From: Candidatus Blochmanniella floridana
GTDB lineage: Bacteria > Pseudomonadota > Gammaproteobacteria > Enterobacterales > Enterobacteriaceae
Direction of reading: 5' to 3'
NCBI GenBank assembly: GCA_000043285.1
Contig: BX248583.1
Coordinates: 360,001-392,000, forward strand
Length of the DNA stretch: 32,000 bases
Shown here: positions 12,131-21,582 of the stretch, piece by piece
How the letters are laid out: each line of letters starts with the position of its first letter
How positions within the stretch are numbered: the first letter of the stretch is position 1
The notes under the pieces: model-generated
What the model was told of the DNA's origin: nothing
The model's database searches: none
The model's input: only the letters and a program-made list of their open reading frames with translations
Program-made: the position numbers and the translations under genes

Positions 12131-12880
12131 ATGAATATACTTGGTTTGTTTTTAAAAACTAATTTTTTAGTACAAATTACTATATTTATATTAATTATTT
12201 TTTCTATTGTATCATGGAGTATAATTTTTCATCGTGTTTTTATTTTAAAATACGAACAACGTAAACTAAAAAGTTTTGAAAATAAATTTTGGTCTGGAAT
12301 AGAACTACCTCGTTTATATATAGAAATATCAAATAAGAAGAATCAATTAAGTAGTGTTGAACATATTTTTTATATTGGTTTTAAAGAATTTTCTAGATTA
12401 CATAAAATAAAAAAATGTTTATCAGAAACAATAGCCAGTAGAACATTACGTGTTATGAATAACACCTTAAACTTAGAACTAGAAAAATTAGAAAGTTATA
12501 TTCCATTAATTGGAACTATTGGATCTATTAGTCCATATGTTGGTTTATTTGGGACTGTATTAGGAATTATACATGTTTTCATTGCATTAGATAAAATCAG
12601 CGCTGTTAATAGTAACCATCATATGGGACATATACATTTAATAGCTCCAGGTATTGCCGAAGCGTTAATTTCTACAGCAATTGGATTATTTGTAGCTATC
12701 CCTGCGGTTATGGCTTTTAATTATTTAACTACTCAAATTAACAATTTGAATCAGAATTTTAATAATTTTATAGAAGAATTTATCACTATCTTATATCGCC
12801 AAGTTTTTTTACATTCTAATTCCAAACAACAGGAAACACAAAATGAAGAAAAAACATCTAAGATACACGATTCAATCTGA
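12131..12880 (+). CDS. tolQ: Tol-Pal system inner-membrane protein TolQ
   Basis: The product is colinear with E. coli TolQ: NIL.LFLK.., FE.KFWSGIEL.RLY, IP.IGT.GSISPY.GLFGTV.GI and APGIAEALI.TAIGLF.AIPAVMA.N. The C-terminal tail extends 38 nt into tolR. Confidence 0.93.
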   Translation: MNILGLFLKTNFLVQITIFILIIFSIVSWSIIFHRVFILKYEQRKLKSFENKFWSGIELPRLYIEISNKKNQLSSVEHIFYIGFKEFSRLHKIKKCLSETIASRTLRVMNNTLNLELEKLESYIPLIGTIGSISPYVGLFGTVLGIIHVFIALDKISAVNSNHHMGHIHLIAPGIAEALISTAIGLFVAIPAVMAFNYLTTQINNLNQNFNNFIEEFITILYRQVFLHSNSKQQETQNEEKTSKIHDSI

Positions 12881-13271
12881 AATTAATATTGTTCCTTTCT
12901 TAGATATTTTATTAATTTTATTAATTATTTTTATGATGATGCCATTTCAATTCATGCAAGGTTTTCACGTTGATCTTCCAAGTAGCTCTAAATCTGTTGA
13001 TGTCATTAAAAATTATAAATCTATTATAACCATCGAAATATTAGATACAGGATTATACAATTTTATTTTAAATATGAAAAAAAATATAAATAATATAAAT
13101 ATGGAAAAATTATCTGCAGAGATACAAAATGCAATACATATAAATTCAAATTCTGTATGTTTAATAGCTGCATCTAAAACTATAAAATATAATGAAATAA
13201 TTAAAATATTAAATTTGTTGAATAGTATTGGCGTTGAGTCAGTAGGCATGATAACCAAACCCATTTATTAG
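12843..13271 (+). CDS. tolR: Tol-Pal system protein TolR
   Basis: The SEINIVPFLDILLILLIIFM motif matches E. coli SEINIVPLLDVLLVLLLIFM. The C-terminus ..YNEIIKILNLLNSIGVESVGMITKPI matches ..YDEIIKALNLLHSAGVKSVGLMTQPI. At 142 aa it is the same length as E. coli TolR. Confidence 0.9.
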   Translation: MKKKHLRYTIQSEINIVPFLDILLILLIIFMMMPFQFMQGFHVDLPSSSKSVDVIKNYKSIITIEILDTGLYNFILNMKKNINNINMEKLSAEIQNAIHINSNSVCLIAASKTIKYNEIIKILNLLNSIGVESVGMITKPIY

Positions 13272-13292
13272 TATTGTACTACTAATTAAAAT

Positions 13293-14597
13293 ATGACTAA
13301 AAAAATACGTCATTTATATTATTATAAAAAAACTAATAAAAAATTTATATATCCAATAATAATTTCTATTATGTTGCATATAATGATTTTTTTCTGTTTA
13401 TATAAACAGTTTTTACTTCAAAATACAAATACAGTTACCCCTATTTTTATAGATCCTATCTTAAAAGCAGAGCAATATAGAAATAATTTCATAAATTCTT
13501 ATAGTCATGATCAAACACATAATAAGGCTCAAATACAAAAAAAACATGATCAAGAACAATCTAATCGATTGAAAATTTCAAATACTACTCATCATTCCAA
13601 ATTAAATGATCAAACACATAATAAGGCTCAAATACAAAAAAAACATGATCAAGAACAATCTAATCGATTAAAAATTTCAAATACTACTCATCATTCCAAA
13701 TTAAATGATCAAACACATAATAAGGCTCAAATACAAAAAAAACATGATCAAGAACAATCTAATCGATTGAAAATTTCAAATACTACTCATCATTCCAAAT
13801 TAAATGATCAAACACATAATAAGGCTCAAATACAAAAAAAACATGATCAAGAACAATCTAATCGATTAAAAATTTCAAATACTACTCATCATTCCAAATT
13901 AAATGATCAAACACATAATAAGGCTCAAATACAAAAAAAACATGATCAAGAACAATCTAATCGATTAAAAATTTCAAATACTACTCATCATTCCAAATTA
14001 AATGATCAAACACATAATAAGGCTCAAATACAAAAAAAACATGATCAAGAACAATCTAATCGATTAAAAATTTCAAATACTACTCATCATTCCAAATTAA
14101 ATGATCAAACACATAATAAGGCTCAAATACAAAAAAAACATGATCCAACTTTAGCTAAAAATACGTTAATACATAATCAATTATCTAAAGTAATTACAGA
14201 CTATACTATATTAGAAGATTTATTAAATAATCTTACCAAACATAATATTATAAATAATAACAAAAATGATAAATCATATTTTGCAAAAATAATCAATAAT
14301 AACCAATATATTGCAAATAATAATATTAAAACTGAAGAAATTAACTTCTATAAAAATATGATTAGTGAGTCTATACAAAAAAAATTTTACAATGCCTCTG
14401 ATTATGCTGGAAAAGAATGTAAATTAAAGATACAATTAGCACCTGACGGAAAGCTAGTATCAGTGGATACTTTATCTGGAGATTTATCATTATCTCACGC
14501 TGCTACGGTTGCTGTGAAATTAGCTAATATACCTGCTCCTCCGAATATAGATATTTATAAAATTTTTAAAAATACGATATTAAAATTTTCTCCTTAA
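13293..14597 (+). CDS. tolA: Tol-Pal system protein TolA, with the central domain made of a 33-aa tandem repeat
   Basis: The N-terminal transmembrane segment IIISIMLHIMIF carries the TolA S-x3-H signature. The C-terminal domain ..IQKKFYNASDYAGKECKLKIQLAPDGKLV...KLANIPAPP..IYKIFKN matches E. coli TolA domain III. The gene sits between tolR and tolB. Confidence 0.88.
   Translation: MTKKIRHLYYYKKTNKKFIYPIIISIMLHIMIFFCLYKQFLLQNTNTVTPIFIDPILKAEQYRNNFINSYSHDQTHNKAQIQKKHDQEQSNRLKISNTTHHSKLNDQTHNKAQIQKKHDQEQSNRLKISNTTHHSKLNDQTHNKAQIQKKHDQEQSNRLKISNTTHHSKLNDQTHNKAQIQKKHDQEQSNRLKISNTTHHSKLNDQTHNKAQIQKKHDQEQSNRLKISNTTHHSKLNDQTHNKAQIQKKHDQEQSNRLKISNTTHHSKLNDQTHNKAQIQKKHDPTLAKNTLIHNQLSKVITDYTILEDLLNNLTKHNIINNNKNDKSYFAKIINNNQYIANNNIKTEEINFYKNMISESIQKKFYNASDYAGKECKLKIQLAPDGKLVSVDTLSGDLSLSHAATVAVKLANIPAPPNIDIYKIFKNTILKFSP
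13509..14145 (+). repeat. In-frame tandem repeat of a 99-bp unit, 6 full copies plus a 42-43 bp partial seventh
   Basis: Unit starts are at 13509, 13608, 13707, 13806, 13905, 14004 and 14103. The copies are identical by eye except for one synonymous site (TTG in copies 1 and 3 at 13571 and 13769, TTA in copies 2, 4, 5 and 6). Each unit encodes DQTHNKAQIQKKHDQEQSNRLKISNTTHHSKLN. Confidence 0.97.
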
Positions 14598-14678
14598 CTT
14601 AATTATAAATAATAAATAAGTAAATTTAATAATGTTGTTTGTTTAATAAAATTAATACAATAATATAAGATTATAACT

Positions 14679-16061
14679 ATGACAATATTTCAAAAATCAT
14701 TTATATTATTAATAATATGGAATTTTTCATTATTTGCATTTTCAGATATGAAAATTGAAATTACACACGGAATAAATACAGCTCATCCTATTGCAGTTAT
14801 CCCATTTATTAATAATGAAAATATTACACATGAATTAAACAACGATAATATCGAAGATATAGCATCCATAATTGCTGCTGATTTACGTAACAGTGGAAAA
14901 TTTAATACTTTACCCATTGCGTATTTACCTTATCAACCCTCTAAATTAACTGATATTATTCCCACATTTTGGGAAAAATTAGGTATTAATACAGTTGTAT
15001 TAGGTGCAATTAATATCAAAAATGAAAATTACGTTATTTCATATCAATTAATTGATACTTCTAATAATCCTGCATTAGTGATTTTAGATAATCAATATGA
15101 AATAGAAAAAAAGCACTTGCGTTATACTGCGCATACTATTAGTGATGAAATTTTTGAAAAACTTACTGGAATTAAAGGAGTTTTCTGTACTCGTATAGCC
15201 TATATTTTATATACTAATAATATAAAATATGCTTATGAATTATGTACCTCAGATTATGATGGACATAATCAAGTGTCTATTTGTCGTTCATCGGAACCAT
15301 TAATGTCACCAGCATGGTCTCCAGATGGTAAAAAATTAGCTTACGTTACTTTTGCTTCTGGCCATTCAGAACTTATAATACAAACATTAACAAACAGATC
15401 AATAGATAATATAATTCAATTTCCTAATCATAATGGAGCCCCAGCATGGTCTCCAGATGGTAAAAAATTAGCTTTTAGTTTATCAAAAACGGGTAGTTTA
15501 AATTTATATATAATGGATTTATCATCTAATAATATTCAACAAATTACTTCAAACAGATATAATAATACTGAACCGAGCTGGTTCCCTGATAGTCAAAATT
15601 TAGCTTACACATCAGATCAAGGAGGTGTACCTCAAGTATATAAAATAAATATAAATAATAACCGTGATAGTCACAGAATATCATGGTTAAATGGAAGCAA
15701 TCAAAAACCAAACATTAGCATGGATGGTACGTTTATGGTGATGGTTAATAGAAATAAAGGAAAACAATATATTTCTAAATTAAATTTTTTAACTGGAGAA
15801 GAAGAAACATTAACAGCAGATTCAGTTTTAGCAGATACCCCTAGTATATCTCCTAATGGTATTATGTTTATGTATAGTAGTATAATATTGAATAACTCAT
15901 CATCTGAATTATATTTAGATAAAAAATTCACTAATATTCCTGATAATAATCAATCTATTTTAAGTTTAGCATCTATTGATGGTAAATTTAAAGCTCATTT
16001 GAACGGATCAACAGGAAGTATTAGATTTCCTACATGGTCATCATTATCTTGCTCATATTGA
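14679..16061 (+). CDS. tolB: Tol-Pal system periplasmic beta-propeller protein TolB
   Basis: AADLRNSGKFN, SDEIFEKLTGIKG.F.TRIAY, SPAWSPDGKKLAY, NGAPAWSPDGKKLAF, SKTGSLNLY.MDL, NTEPSWFPDSQNLA.TSDQ and DGKFKA are colinear with E. coli TolB. Confidence 0.95.
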   Translation: MTIFQKSFILLIIWNFSLFAFSDMKIEITHGINTAHPIAVIPFINNENITHELNNDNIEDIASIIAADLRNSGKFNTLPIAYLPYQPSKLTDIIPTFWEKLGINTVVLGAINIKNENYVISYQLIDTSNNPALVILDNQYEIEKKHLRYTAHTISDEIFEKLTGIKGVFCTRIAYILYTNNIKYAYELCTSDYDGHNQVSICRSSEPLMSPAWSPDGKKLAYVTFASGHSELIIQTLTNRSIDNIIQFPNHNGAPAWSPDGKKLAFSLSKTGSLNLYIMDLSSNNIQQITSNRYNNTEPSWFPDSQNLAYTSDQGGVPQVYKININNNRDSHRISWLNGSNQKPNISMDGTFMVMVNRNKGKQYISKLNFLTGEEETLTADSVLADTPSISPNGIMFMYSSIILNNSSSELYLDKKFTNIPDNNQSILSLASIDGKFKAHLNGSTGSIRFPTWSSLSCSY

Positions 16062-16112
16062 TAAAAATATATATAATATTATTTACAATGAATGATTTCG
16101 AGCAAATTATAG

Positions 16113-16637
16113 ATGAAAAATAATAAGCTTATTTTTACGAGTAGTGCTTATTTGATAAGTATTATGTACACAATATTTTTCTGTGTTTCCTGTAAACATA
16201 TGATAAACGATAATAAAAGTAACGAAAATATGTATTTAAATTTTGTTCCTTCTGATAACCTAAAAGATAATGATATTCCCATCTCTAAAACCAATCATAT
16301 ACAGAACTTAAAATTAAAAAACACAATCTATTTTTCATTAGATCAATATTGTGTTCTTCCTATCTTTTTTGAAATATTAGATTTACATGCTGATTTTTTA
16401 TGTAATAATCCATTATATAAGATAATAATAGAAGGACATACAGATGAAAGAGGAACTCCAGAATATAATATTGGATTGGGGGAACGTAGAGCTTATGCAG
16501 TAAAAAAATATTTGCAAAGTAAAGGAGTATTGTCTAATCAAATAGACACAGTTTCTTATGGTAAAGAAAAGCCAATTGCTTTTGGACAAAATGAAGAATC
16601 TTATTCTAAAAATAGAAGAGTAGTACTATTATATTAA
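16113..16637 (+). CDS. pal: Peptidoglycan-associated lipoprotein Pal
   Basis: The C-terminal OmpA-like domain [34 protein letters not shown]...SYGKEKP...[10 protein letters not shown] is nearly identical in pattern to E. coli Pal. The N-terminus has a signal peptide ending FFCVSC. The gene follows tolB. Confidence 0.93.
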   Translation: MKNNKLIFTSSAYLISIMYTIFFCVSCKHMINDNKSNENMYLNFVPSDNLKDNDIPISKTNHIQNLKLKNTIYFSLDQYCVLPIFFEILDLHADFLCNNPLYKIIIEGHTDERGTPEYNIGLGERRAYAVKKYLQSKGVLSNQIDTVSYGKEKPIAFGQNEESYSKNRRVVLLY

Positions 16638-16642
16638 TTTTT

Positions 16643-17443
16643 ATGAATAATACAATAAAATTCTTACAATTTTCAGTAATAATATTACATTTCATTAGTT
16701 TATGTTATATAAAAAATTATGGATGGTGTGAATATATCCCTGTTGTATATGCAAAAAAAATACATTCTTCAGATCTAGAACAAAAAATCAAACAACTAAA
16801 TCAAATATCAACTGCACATAGTCAATGTTTAGTTCAATTACAACAGCAATTATTAGAAAATCAACAAGATATTGACTTACTGCGTGGCTATATGCAAGAT
16901 ATACAACATCATGTATCGGAAATTATAACAGATCAAAAAGAATCATATAAAAAATTACATGAAAAACTCAACGAATTATGTTCCAGTGATGTAAAATCAA
17001 AAGATTCACAATCAATTCATCTAAATACAAATATAACAGATAATTTAATCCACAAACAATCAATACAATATGATGATATTGATTATAAAAAAATCGTTTC
17101 GTTAGTTTTGGAAAAAAAACAATACAATTTAGCAATTCAAGAGTTTCAAAATTTTATTAAAAATTACCCTAAATCGCATTATCAACCCAATGCGCATTAC
17201 TGGTTAGGGCAACTTTATTATAACCAAGGTCATAAAACTAATGCTTCCTATCATTTCGCACTAGTTGTAAAGAATTATCCTAAATCGATAAAAGCACCAG
17301 ACGCTTTATTGAAAATAGGTATTATTATGCAAGAAACAAATCAAAAAGATAAAGCTAAAACAATATATCAACAAATTGGAAAATTGTATCCTAATAATGA
17401 TGCTGCTAAACAAGCTCAAAAAAGATTAACAAACTTAAAATAG
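16643..17443 (+). CDS. cpoB: Cell division coordinator CpoB (YbgF), a TPR-repeat periplasmic protein
   Basis: It sits immediately after pal. It has an N-terminal hydrophobic segment, a Q-rich coiled-coil-like region and a C-terminal TPR-like region (F..F...YP.S.Y.PNA.YWLGQ.Y...G....A...F..V.K.YP.S.KAPDALLK.G) as in E. coli YbgF. Confidence 0.85.
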   Translation: MNNTIKFLQFSVIILHFISLCYIKNYGWCEYIPVVYAKKIHSSDLEQKIKQLNQISTAHSQCLVQLQQQLLENQQDIDLLRGYMQDIQHHVSEIITDQKESYKKLHEKLNELCSSDVKSKDSQSIHLNTNITDNLIHKQSIQYDDIDYKKIVSLVLEKKQYNLAIQEFQNFIKNYPKSHYQPNAHYWLGQLYYNQGHKTNASYHFALVVKNYPKSIKAPDALLKIGIIMQETNQKDKAKTIYQQIGKLYPNNDAAKQAQKRLTNLK

Positions 17444-17587
17444 AATTTTATATATATATATTTATTATAGCGTAATATACTTAGATTATTATCCTAATAT
17501 CATATAGTTAATAACTTTAATTAATTATATTACATAAACTTATATTTATTCTATTGCTGTTAATTCAAATTAATAATATATTAAGTG

Positions 17588-18604
17588 TTAGTGAATCGTA
17601 TTTTTGGATAAAATGCTGATCCACATTGGGCCCATTCCTGACGCATGGCGTGATATTACAGATAAATTACCATTATTCGCATGAATACGATATAAAGTAA
17701 TAAAATGAGATTTTTGACCGGCTACAATTAAAAAATTTCCAGTAGAATCTATCAAAAAACCTCGAGGCTGATCTTCAGTATATATGTAATTTATAAATTT
17801 TAGTTTTTTCGTATTTAATAAAATTTCAAATAAACTAATAGTATTGCAAAACCGATCAGCACAATATAACCAACGATTATTAGGAGTAATATGTATATCA
17901 GAAGACCAAAACTTTTTAGTGTCTAAACCATGATTTGATAATATATTTATTTTTTGTATAATAGCTAAGTTTGTTATTGAATCGTTATATTGAATGACAT
18001 CAATAACGCCATTATATTCATTTATCACATACGCATAATTATCCGTACTATGAAATGCCATATGACGAGGTCCTGATTGCATATTAGTATTAATGACATG
18101 AGGATTATGTGGTTTTAATGTTCCATATAAATGATCTATATCAAATAATCTGATTGTATTTTCTTGTAAACATGGAGCCCATAATACTTTTCTATCTTTA
18201 TTTATATTTGCTGAATGACAACCCAACATATTTTTTATAATTTGTATAGAATTACAAAGTAAACCGAATTTATCAATTTTAATTACGTTTATACAATTAA
18301 AATTATATGATACACAATATATAAATGTACCATATATATTTATAGTCAGATATGTAGGGCTATCACAAATCTTCGTAGATTGTATTTTAGTCAATAATCC
18401 GTTTTGACTTATACGATATGTATCGATTTTAAAGTCAGGGCGTATACCAACATACAAAAAATTCTGATTAGGATGAACAACTGTAGGTTGAGCGCATCCA
18501 TCAGTAGAAACTACTTGCATCAACTCTAATTTTTCTTGATGATTATCTAATTTCCATACATAAATTTTTTGATTATCAGGACTAGATATATAAAAGATTT
18601 GCAT
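17588..18604 (-). CDS. pgl: 6-phosphogluconolactonase (YbhE-type, 7-bladed propeller)
   Basis: [19 protein letters not shown] aligns with E. coli [41 protein letters not shown]....DV, DIHITP..R.LY..DR, QPRGF and AGQKSH...Y, GPMW are colinear with E. coli Pgl. The ATG at 18604 is preferred to 18622. Confidence 0.88.
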   Translation of the reverse strand: [338 protein letters not shown]

Positions 18605-18753
18605 TATGATTAATATGTACAATATTTCATTAAAAAATTTAATACATAAAATAATTTATATGAATATTCAATTATTATAAATATTTATTTTAGCTATTAC
18701 AATAATGATATCATAACTGATGTGTTTTATACAATCTTAGGAGAAATCATATA

Positions 18754-19452
18754 ATGCATATAATTAAAACAGTATTAATTAGACATGGAGAAAGTCAATG
18801 GAATAAAGATAATCGATTTACCGGATGGATAGACGTTGATTTATCAAATCAAGGTTATTCTGAAGCTAAACGCGCTGGCCAATTATTAAAAAAATATAAA
18901 TTTATTTTCGATTATGGATATACTTCTGTATTAAAACGAACTATACATACTTTATGGGTTATATTGGATCAATTAAATCAAACATGGTTACCTATACAAA
19001 AAGTATGGCAGTTGAATGAACGCCATTATGGAGCATTACAAGGATTAAATAAAAATGAAGCAATTAAAACATATGGATATGACACAATTCAAAAATGGCG
19101 TCGCAGTTTTAAAGATATTCCTCCAAAAAATAATAAAAATGATTTATTTTTAGGAACTAATGATATACGGTATAAAAATATTGAAACTAATACATTACCT
19201 AATGGGGAAAGTTTAGAATTAACAGCAAATAGAGTTATCCCATATTGGCAAAAGTATATAGAACCAAAAATTTACAATAATAATTGTATTATTATTGTTG
19301 CTCATGGAAATTCTATAAGAGCTATTTTAAAATTTTTAAATCAATTAGATGATTCTGAGATATTTAACATTGAAATTCCTACAGGAATTCCATTAATATA
19401 TGAATTTGATAATAATATAAAACCCATTCGATATTATTATCTATCTGAATAA
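18754..19452 (+). CDS. gpmA: 2,3-bisphosphoglycerate-dependent phosphoglycerate mutase
   Basis: LIRHGESQWNK.NRFTGW.DVDLS (catalytic His motif), YTSVLKR.IHTLW, LNERHYGALQGLNK and AHGNS.RA are present. A TAGGAGA Shine-Dalgarno sequence lies about 10 nt upstream of the ATG. Confidence 0.96.
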   Translation: MHIIKTVLIRHGESQWNKDNRFTGWIDVDLSNQGYSEAKRAGQLLKKYKFIFDYGYTSVLKRTIHTLWVILDQLNQTWLPIQKVWQLNERHYGALQGLNKNEAIKTYGYDTIQKWRRSFKDIPPKNNKNDLFLGTNDIRYKNIETNTLPNGESLELTANRVIPYWQKYIEPKIYNNNCIIIVAHGNSIRAILKFLNQLDDSEIFNIEIPTGIPLIYEFDNNIKPIRYYYLSE

Positions 19453-19587
19453 AATTCACTGTGTATTATAATACATAATACAAGAATGATTAATGATAAA
19501 TGTTTATATATTTTTGTTGATAAAAATAATTGTTTCAGCTAGAATGATCCTAAGTTTTTATTCTAACTATTTTTAAAGGTGATGATT

Positions 19588-20298
19588 ATGGATAGATTTC
19601 CCCGTTTTCAGGGTACATTATCCGATCGAGATAACACTATAATACAGCCGTATATATCACAAGTGTTCGGGTGGATGTCTTGTGGATTATTGTTAACTGC
19701 TTTTGTTGCTTGGTATACGTCTATAACGCCTGCTGTTTTGCAACTATTATTTTCAAATCAAATTATTTTTTTTGGTTTAATTATTAGCCAGTTAGCATTG
19801 GTATTTACTTTATCTGGTATGGTAACCCGATTAAGTGGATCATTGGCAACTACTTTATTTATGTTATATTCAGTGTTAACCGGTTTGACTTTGTCTAGTA
19901 TATTTATATTATATACCTCTTCTTCTATATCTGGAACATTTATTGTAACATCTGGTATGTTTGGAGCTATGACTGTATACGGATATACTACAAAAAAAGA
20001 TTTAAGTAGCTTGGGAAACTTGTTATTTATGGGGTTAATTGGAATGGTATTAGCTTCATTGGTTAATATATGGTTGAAAAATCCAACGATAATGTGGATT
20101 ATTACTTATATTGGAGTTATTTTATTTGTTGGATTAACTGCATATGATATGCAAAAAATAAAATCTATTGGATCATCATTATCTATAGAAGATCAAGATC
20201 AGTTTCGTAAGTATTCAATAATAGGAGCGCTTACTTTATATTTAGATTTTATTAATTTATTTATGATGATGATTCGTATTTTTGGAAATAAACGTTAA
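19588..20298 (+). CDS. ybhL: BAX inhibitor-1/YccA-family inner-membrane protein (YbhL-like)
   Basis: MDRFPR..., YGWM..GLLLTAFVAWY, LFMLYS.LTGLTLSSIF..YT, GMFGAM..YGYTTK.DLS, GLTAYD.QK.K and LRKYSI.GALTLYLDFINLF..M.RIFGN.R are colinear with E. coli YbhL. The ATG at 19588 follows AAAGGTGA and is preferred to the GTG at 19579. Confidence 0.9.
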   Translation: MDRFPRFQGTLSDRDNTIIQPYISQVFGWMSCGLLLTAFVAWYTSITPAVLQLLFSNQIIFFGLIISQLALVFTLSGMVTRLSGSLATTLFMLYSVLTGLTLSSIFILYTSSSISGTFIVTSGMFGAMTVYGYTTKKDLSSLGNLLFMGLIGMVLASLVNIWLKNPTIMWIITYIGVILFVGLTAYDMQKIKSIGSSLSIEDQDQFRKYSIIGALTLYLDFINLFMMMIRIFGNKR

Positions 20299-20360
20299 GT
20301 AGATCGTGGTATTTAATCTTATTCAGATATTAATAATTATTAAATTTTAGATTATGTATT

Positions 20361-20409
20361 TCCTTAAATAATCAGGACTTAAAACATCACAATCTTGATT
20401 ATTTAAGGA
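20361..20409. terminator. Long inverted repeat between the convergent genes ybhL and ychF, a candidate bidirectional terminator
   Basis: A 16-bp stem pairs TCCTTAAATAATCAGG (20361-20376) with CTTGATTATTTAAGGA (20394-20409) around a 17-nt loop. There is one G-U pair on the plus strand, which is a C-A mismatch on the minus strand. It ends 1 nt from the ychF stop. On the plus strand a TTTTT run starts 6 nt after the stem. Confidence 0.45.
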
Positions 20410-20410
20410 G

Positions 20411-21457
20411 TCAATTTTTAAATAAAAACTTGATTATATCTCCTTCTTCTATTAAATAGTTTTTACCCTCGTAACGAATTCTACCAGATTTTTTTGCTCC
20501 ACTCTCTCCATGATTTGCAATAAAATCATTAAACTTTATGATTTGAGCTCGAATAAAACCTTTTTTAAAATCACTATGAATATTATAAGCTGCGTCCAAT
20601 GCAATAGTTTCTGATTCATATATCCAAGATCGAGTCATATTAATATTAGTAGTAAAAAATGTATTTAATTTTAAAAAAAACATAATATTATCAATCAATG
20701 CGTGTAATATAGTACGTTGTGAATTTGCTATAAATTCTCCATTATTCATAAAACAATGTAAAATAACTGGTGAATTTTCACGAAATCCAATTTCATTTAA
20801 TTTCTGAACATAAATATTATTTTTATAATGTCGATCAACATTGGCAATATAAATAACAGGTTTATAAGTTAAAAAATTAAAATTTAGTATATTCTTTCTT
20901 TCTGATTGAGAAAAATTGATATTTCTTAATGAGATACCATCATTTAAATAATTTAAACATTTCTCTAAAATAAATAAATTTTGATCTTTATTTATATTTA
21001 TCATTCGATTTTTTTTTAAAAAATCAATATGTTTTTCACACTGTTCTATATCAAATAAAATTAACTCAATATTAAGAATATCAATATCTCTACTAGGATT
21101 AATATTATTTTTAATATGTAAAATACCGTCATTATCAAAACAACGAACCACATGAATGAATATTTGTGTAGTTTGTATATGATTTAAAATTTGCATTCCT
21201 AATCCTACACCTTGATACGCTCCCGGAATCAGACCGGCAACATCAATAAATTTTATTTTTTCATGAACCACTGTACGAGATTGTACAATATCATTCAGCT
21301 GATATAAACGAACATCAGGTATTTTTATTATTGCAATGTTAGGTTGAATGGTGCAGAAAGGAAAATTAGATATTTTTACAACGATATTAGTTAATAAACT
21401 AAATAAGGTTGATTTACCTACATTAGGCAATCCAATAATACTGCAACTAATTTTCAT
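20411..21457 (-). CDS. ychF: Ribosome-binding ATPase YchF (Obg-like)
   Basis: The P-loop GLPNVGKSTLF, then NFPFCTI.PN, F.D.AGL..GA..G.GLG, VVRCF.ND and a C-terminal TGS-like region HSDF.KGFIRAQ...F.DF...GE.GAK..G..R.EGK.Y...EGD are present. The product is colinear with E. coli YchF and the gene lies downstream of pth as in E. coli. Confidence 0.95.
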   Translation of the reverse strand: MKISCSIIGLPNVGKSTLFSLLTNIVVKISNFPFCTIQPNIAIIKIPDVRLYQLNDIVQSRTVVHEKIKFIDVAGLIPGAYQGVGLGMQILNHIQTTQIFIHVVRCFDNDGILHIKNNINPSRDIDILNIELILFDIEQCEKHIDFLKKNRMININKDQNLFILEKCLNYLNDGISLRNINFSQSERKNILNFNFLTYKPVIYIANVDRHYKNNIYVQKLNEIGFRENSPVILHCFMNNGEFIANSQRTILHALIDNIMFFLKLNTFFTTNINMTRSWIYESETIALDAAYNIHSDFKKGFIRAQIIKFNDFIANHGESGAKKSGRIRYEGKNYLIEEGDIIKFLFKN

Positions 21458-21582
21458 ATTAATACAAATAATATTTAAGTTATAAATTTTATTAAAAATA
21501 AAAAATCAAAATCTCATATTTTTATGTACATTGTTTCTTATTGTAAGATTGAAATATTTCTTTTTATTAATTCAAGTAAATA

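Noticed and set aside
12843-12880. A 38-nt overlap between tolQ and tolR might indicate a frameshift or a mis-called start.
   Set aside because: The tolR start at 12843 gives an N-terminal length matching E. coli TolR (11 versus 13 residues before SEINIVP). The conserved part of TolQ ends well before the overlap. The simplest explanation is loss of the ancestral tolQ stop with a short non-conserved tail.
13509-14145. The tolA repeat region might be a CRISPR-like or otherwise non-coding array. It also contains a dense GATC cluster (two sites per 99-bp unit, 13 in total) reminiscent of Dam/SeqA-rich origin regions.
   Set aside because: The units are directly adjacent with no unique spacers. 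They are in frame and flanked by conserved TolA domains, so this is a coding tandem repeat. The GATC enrichment follows trivially from repeating a unit that contains ATGATCAA twice.
15309-15474. A 34-nt perfect direct repeat (CCAGCATGGTCTCCAGATGGTAAAAAATTAGCTT) occurs at 15309-15342 and 15441-15474 in tolB.
   Set aside because: Both copies encode the conserved blade motif PAWSPDGKKLA of consecutive TolB beta-propeller repeats, which E. coli also has at both positions. Strong AT codon bias leaves few synonymous choices, so nucleotide identity can arise without gene conversion.
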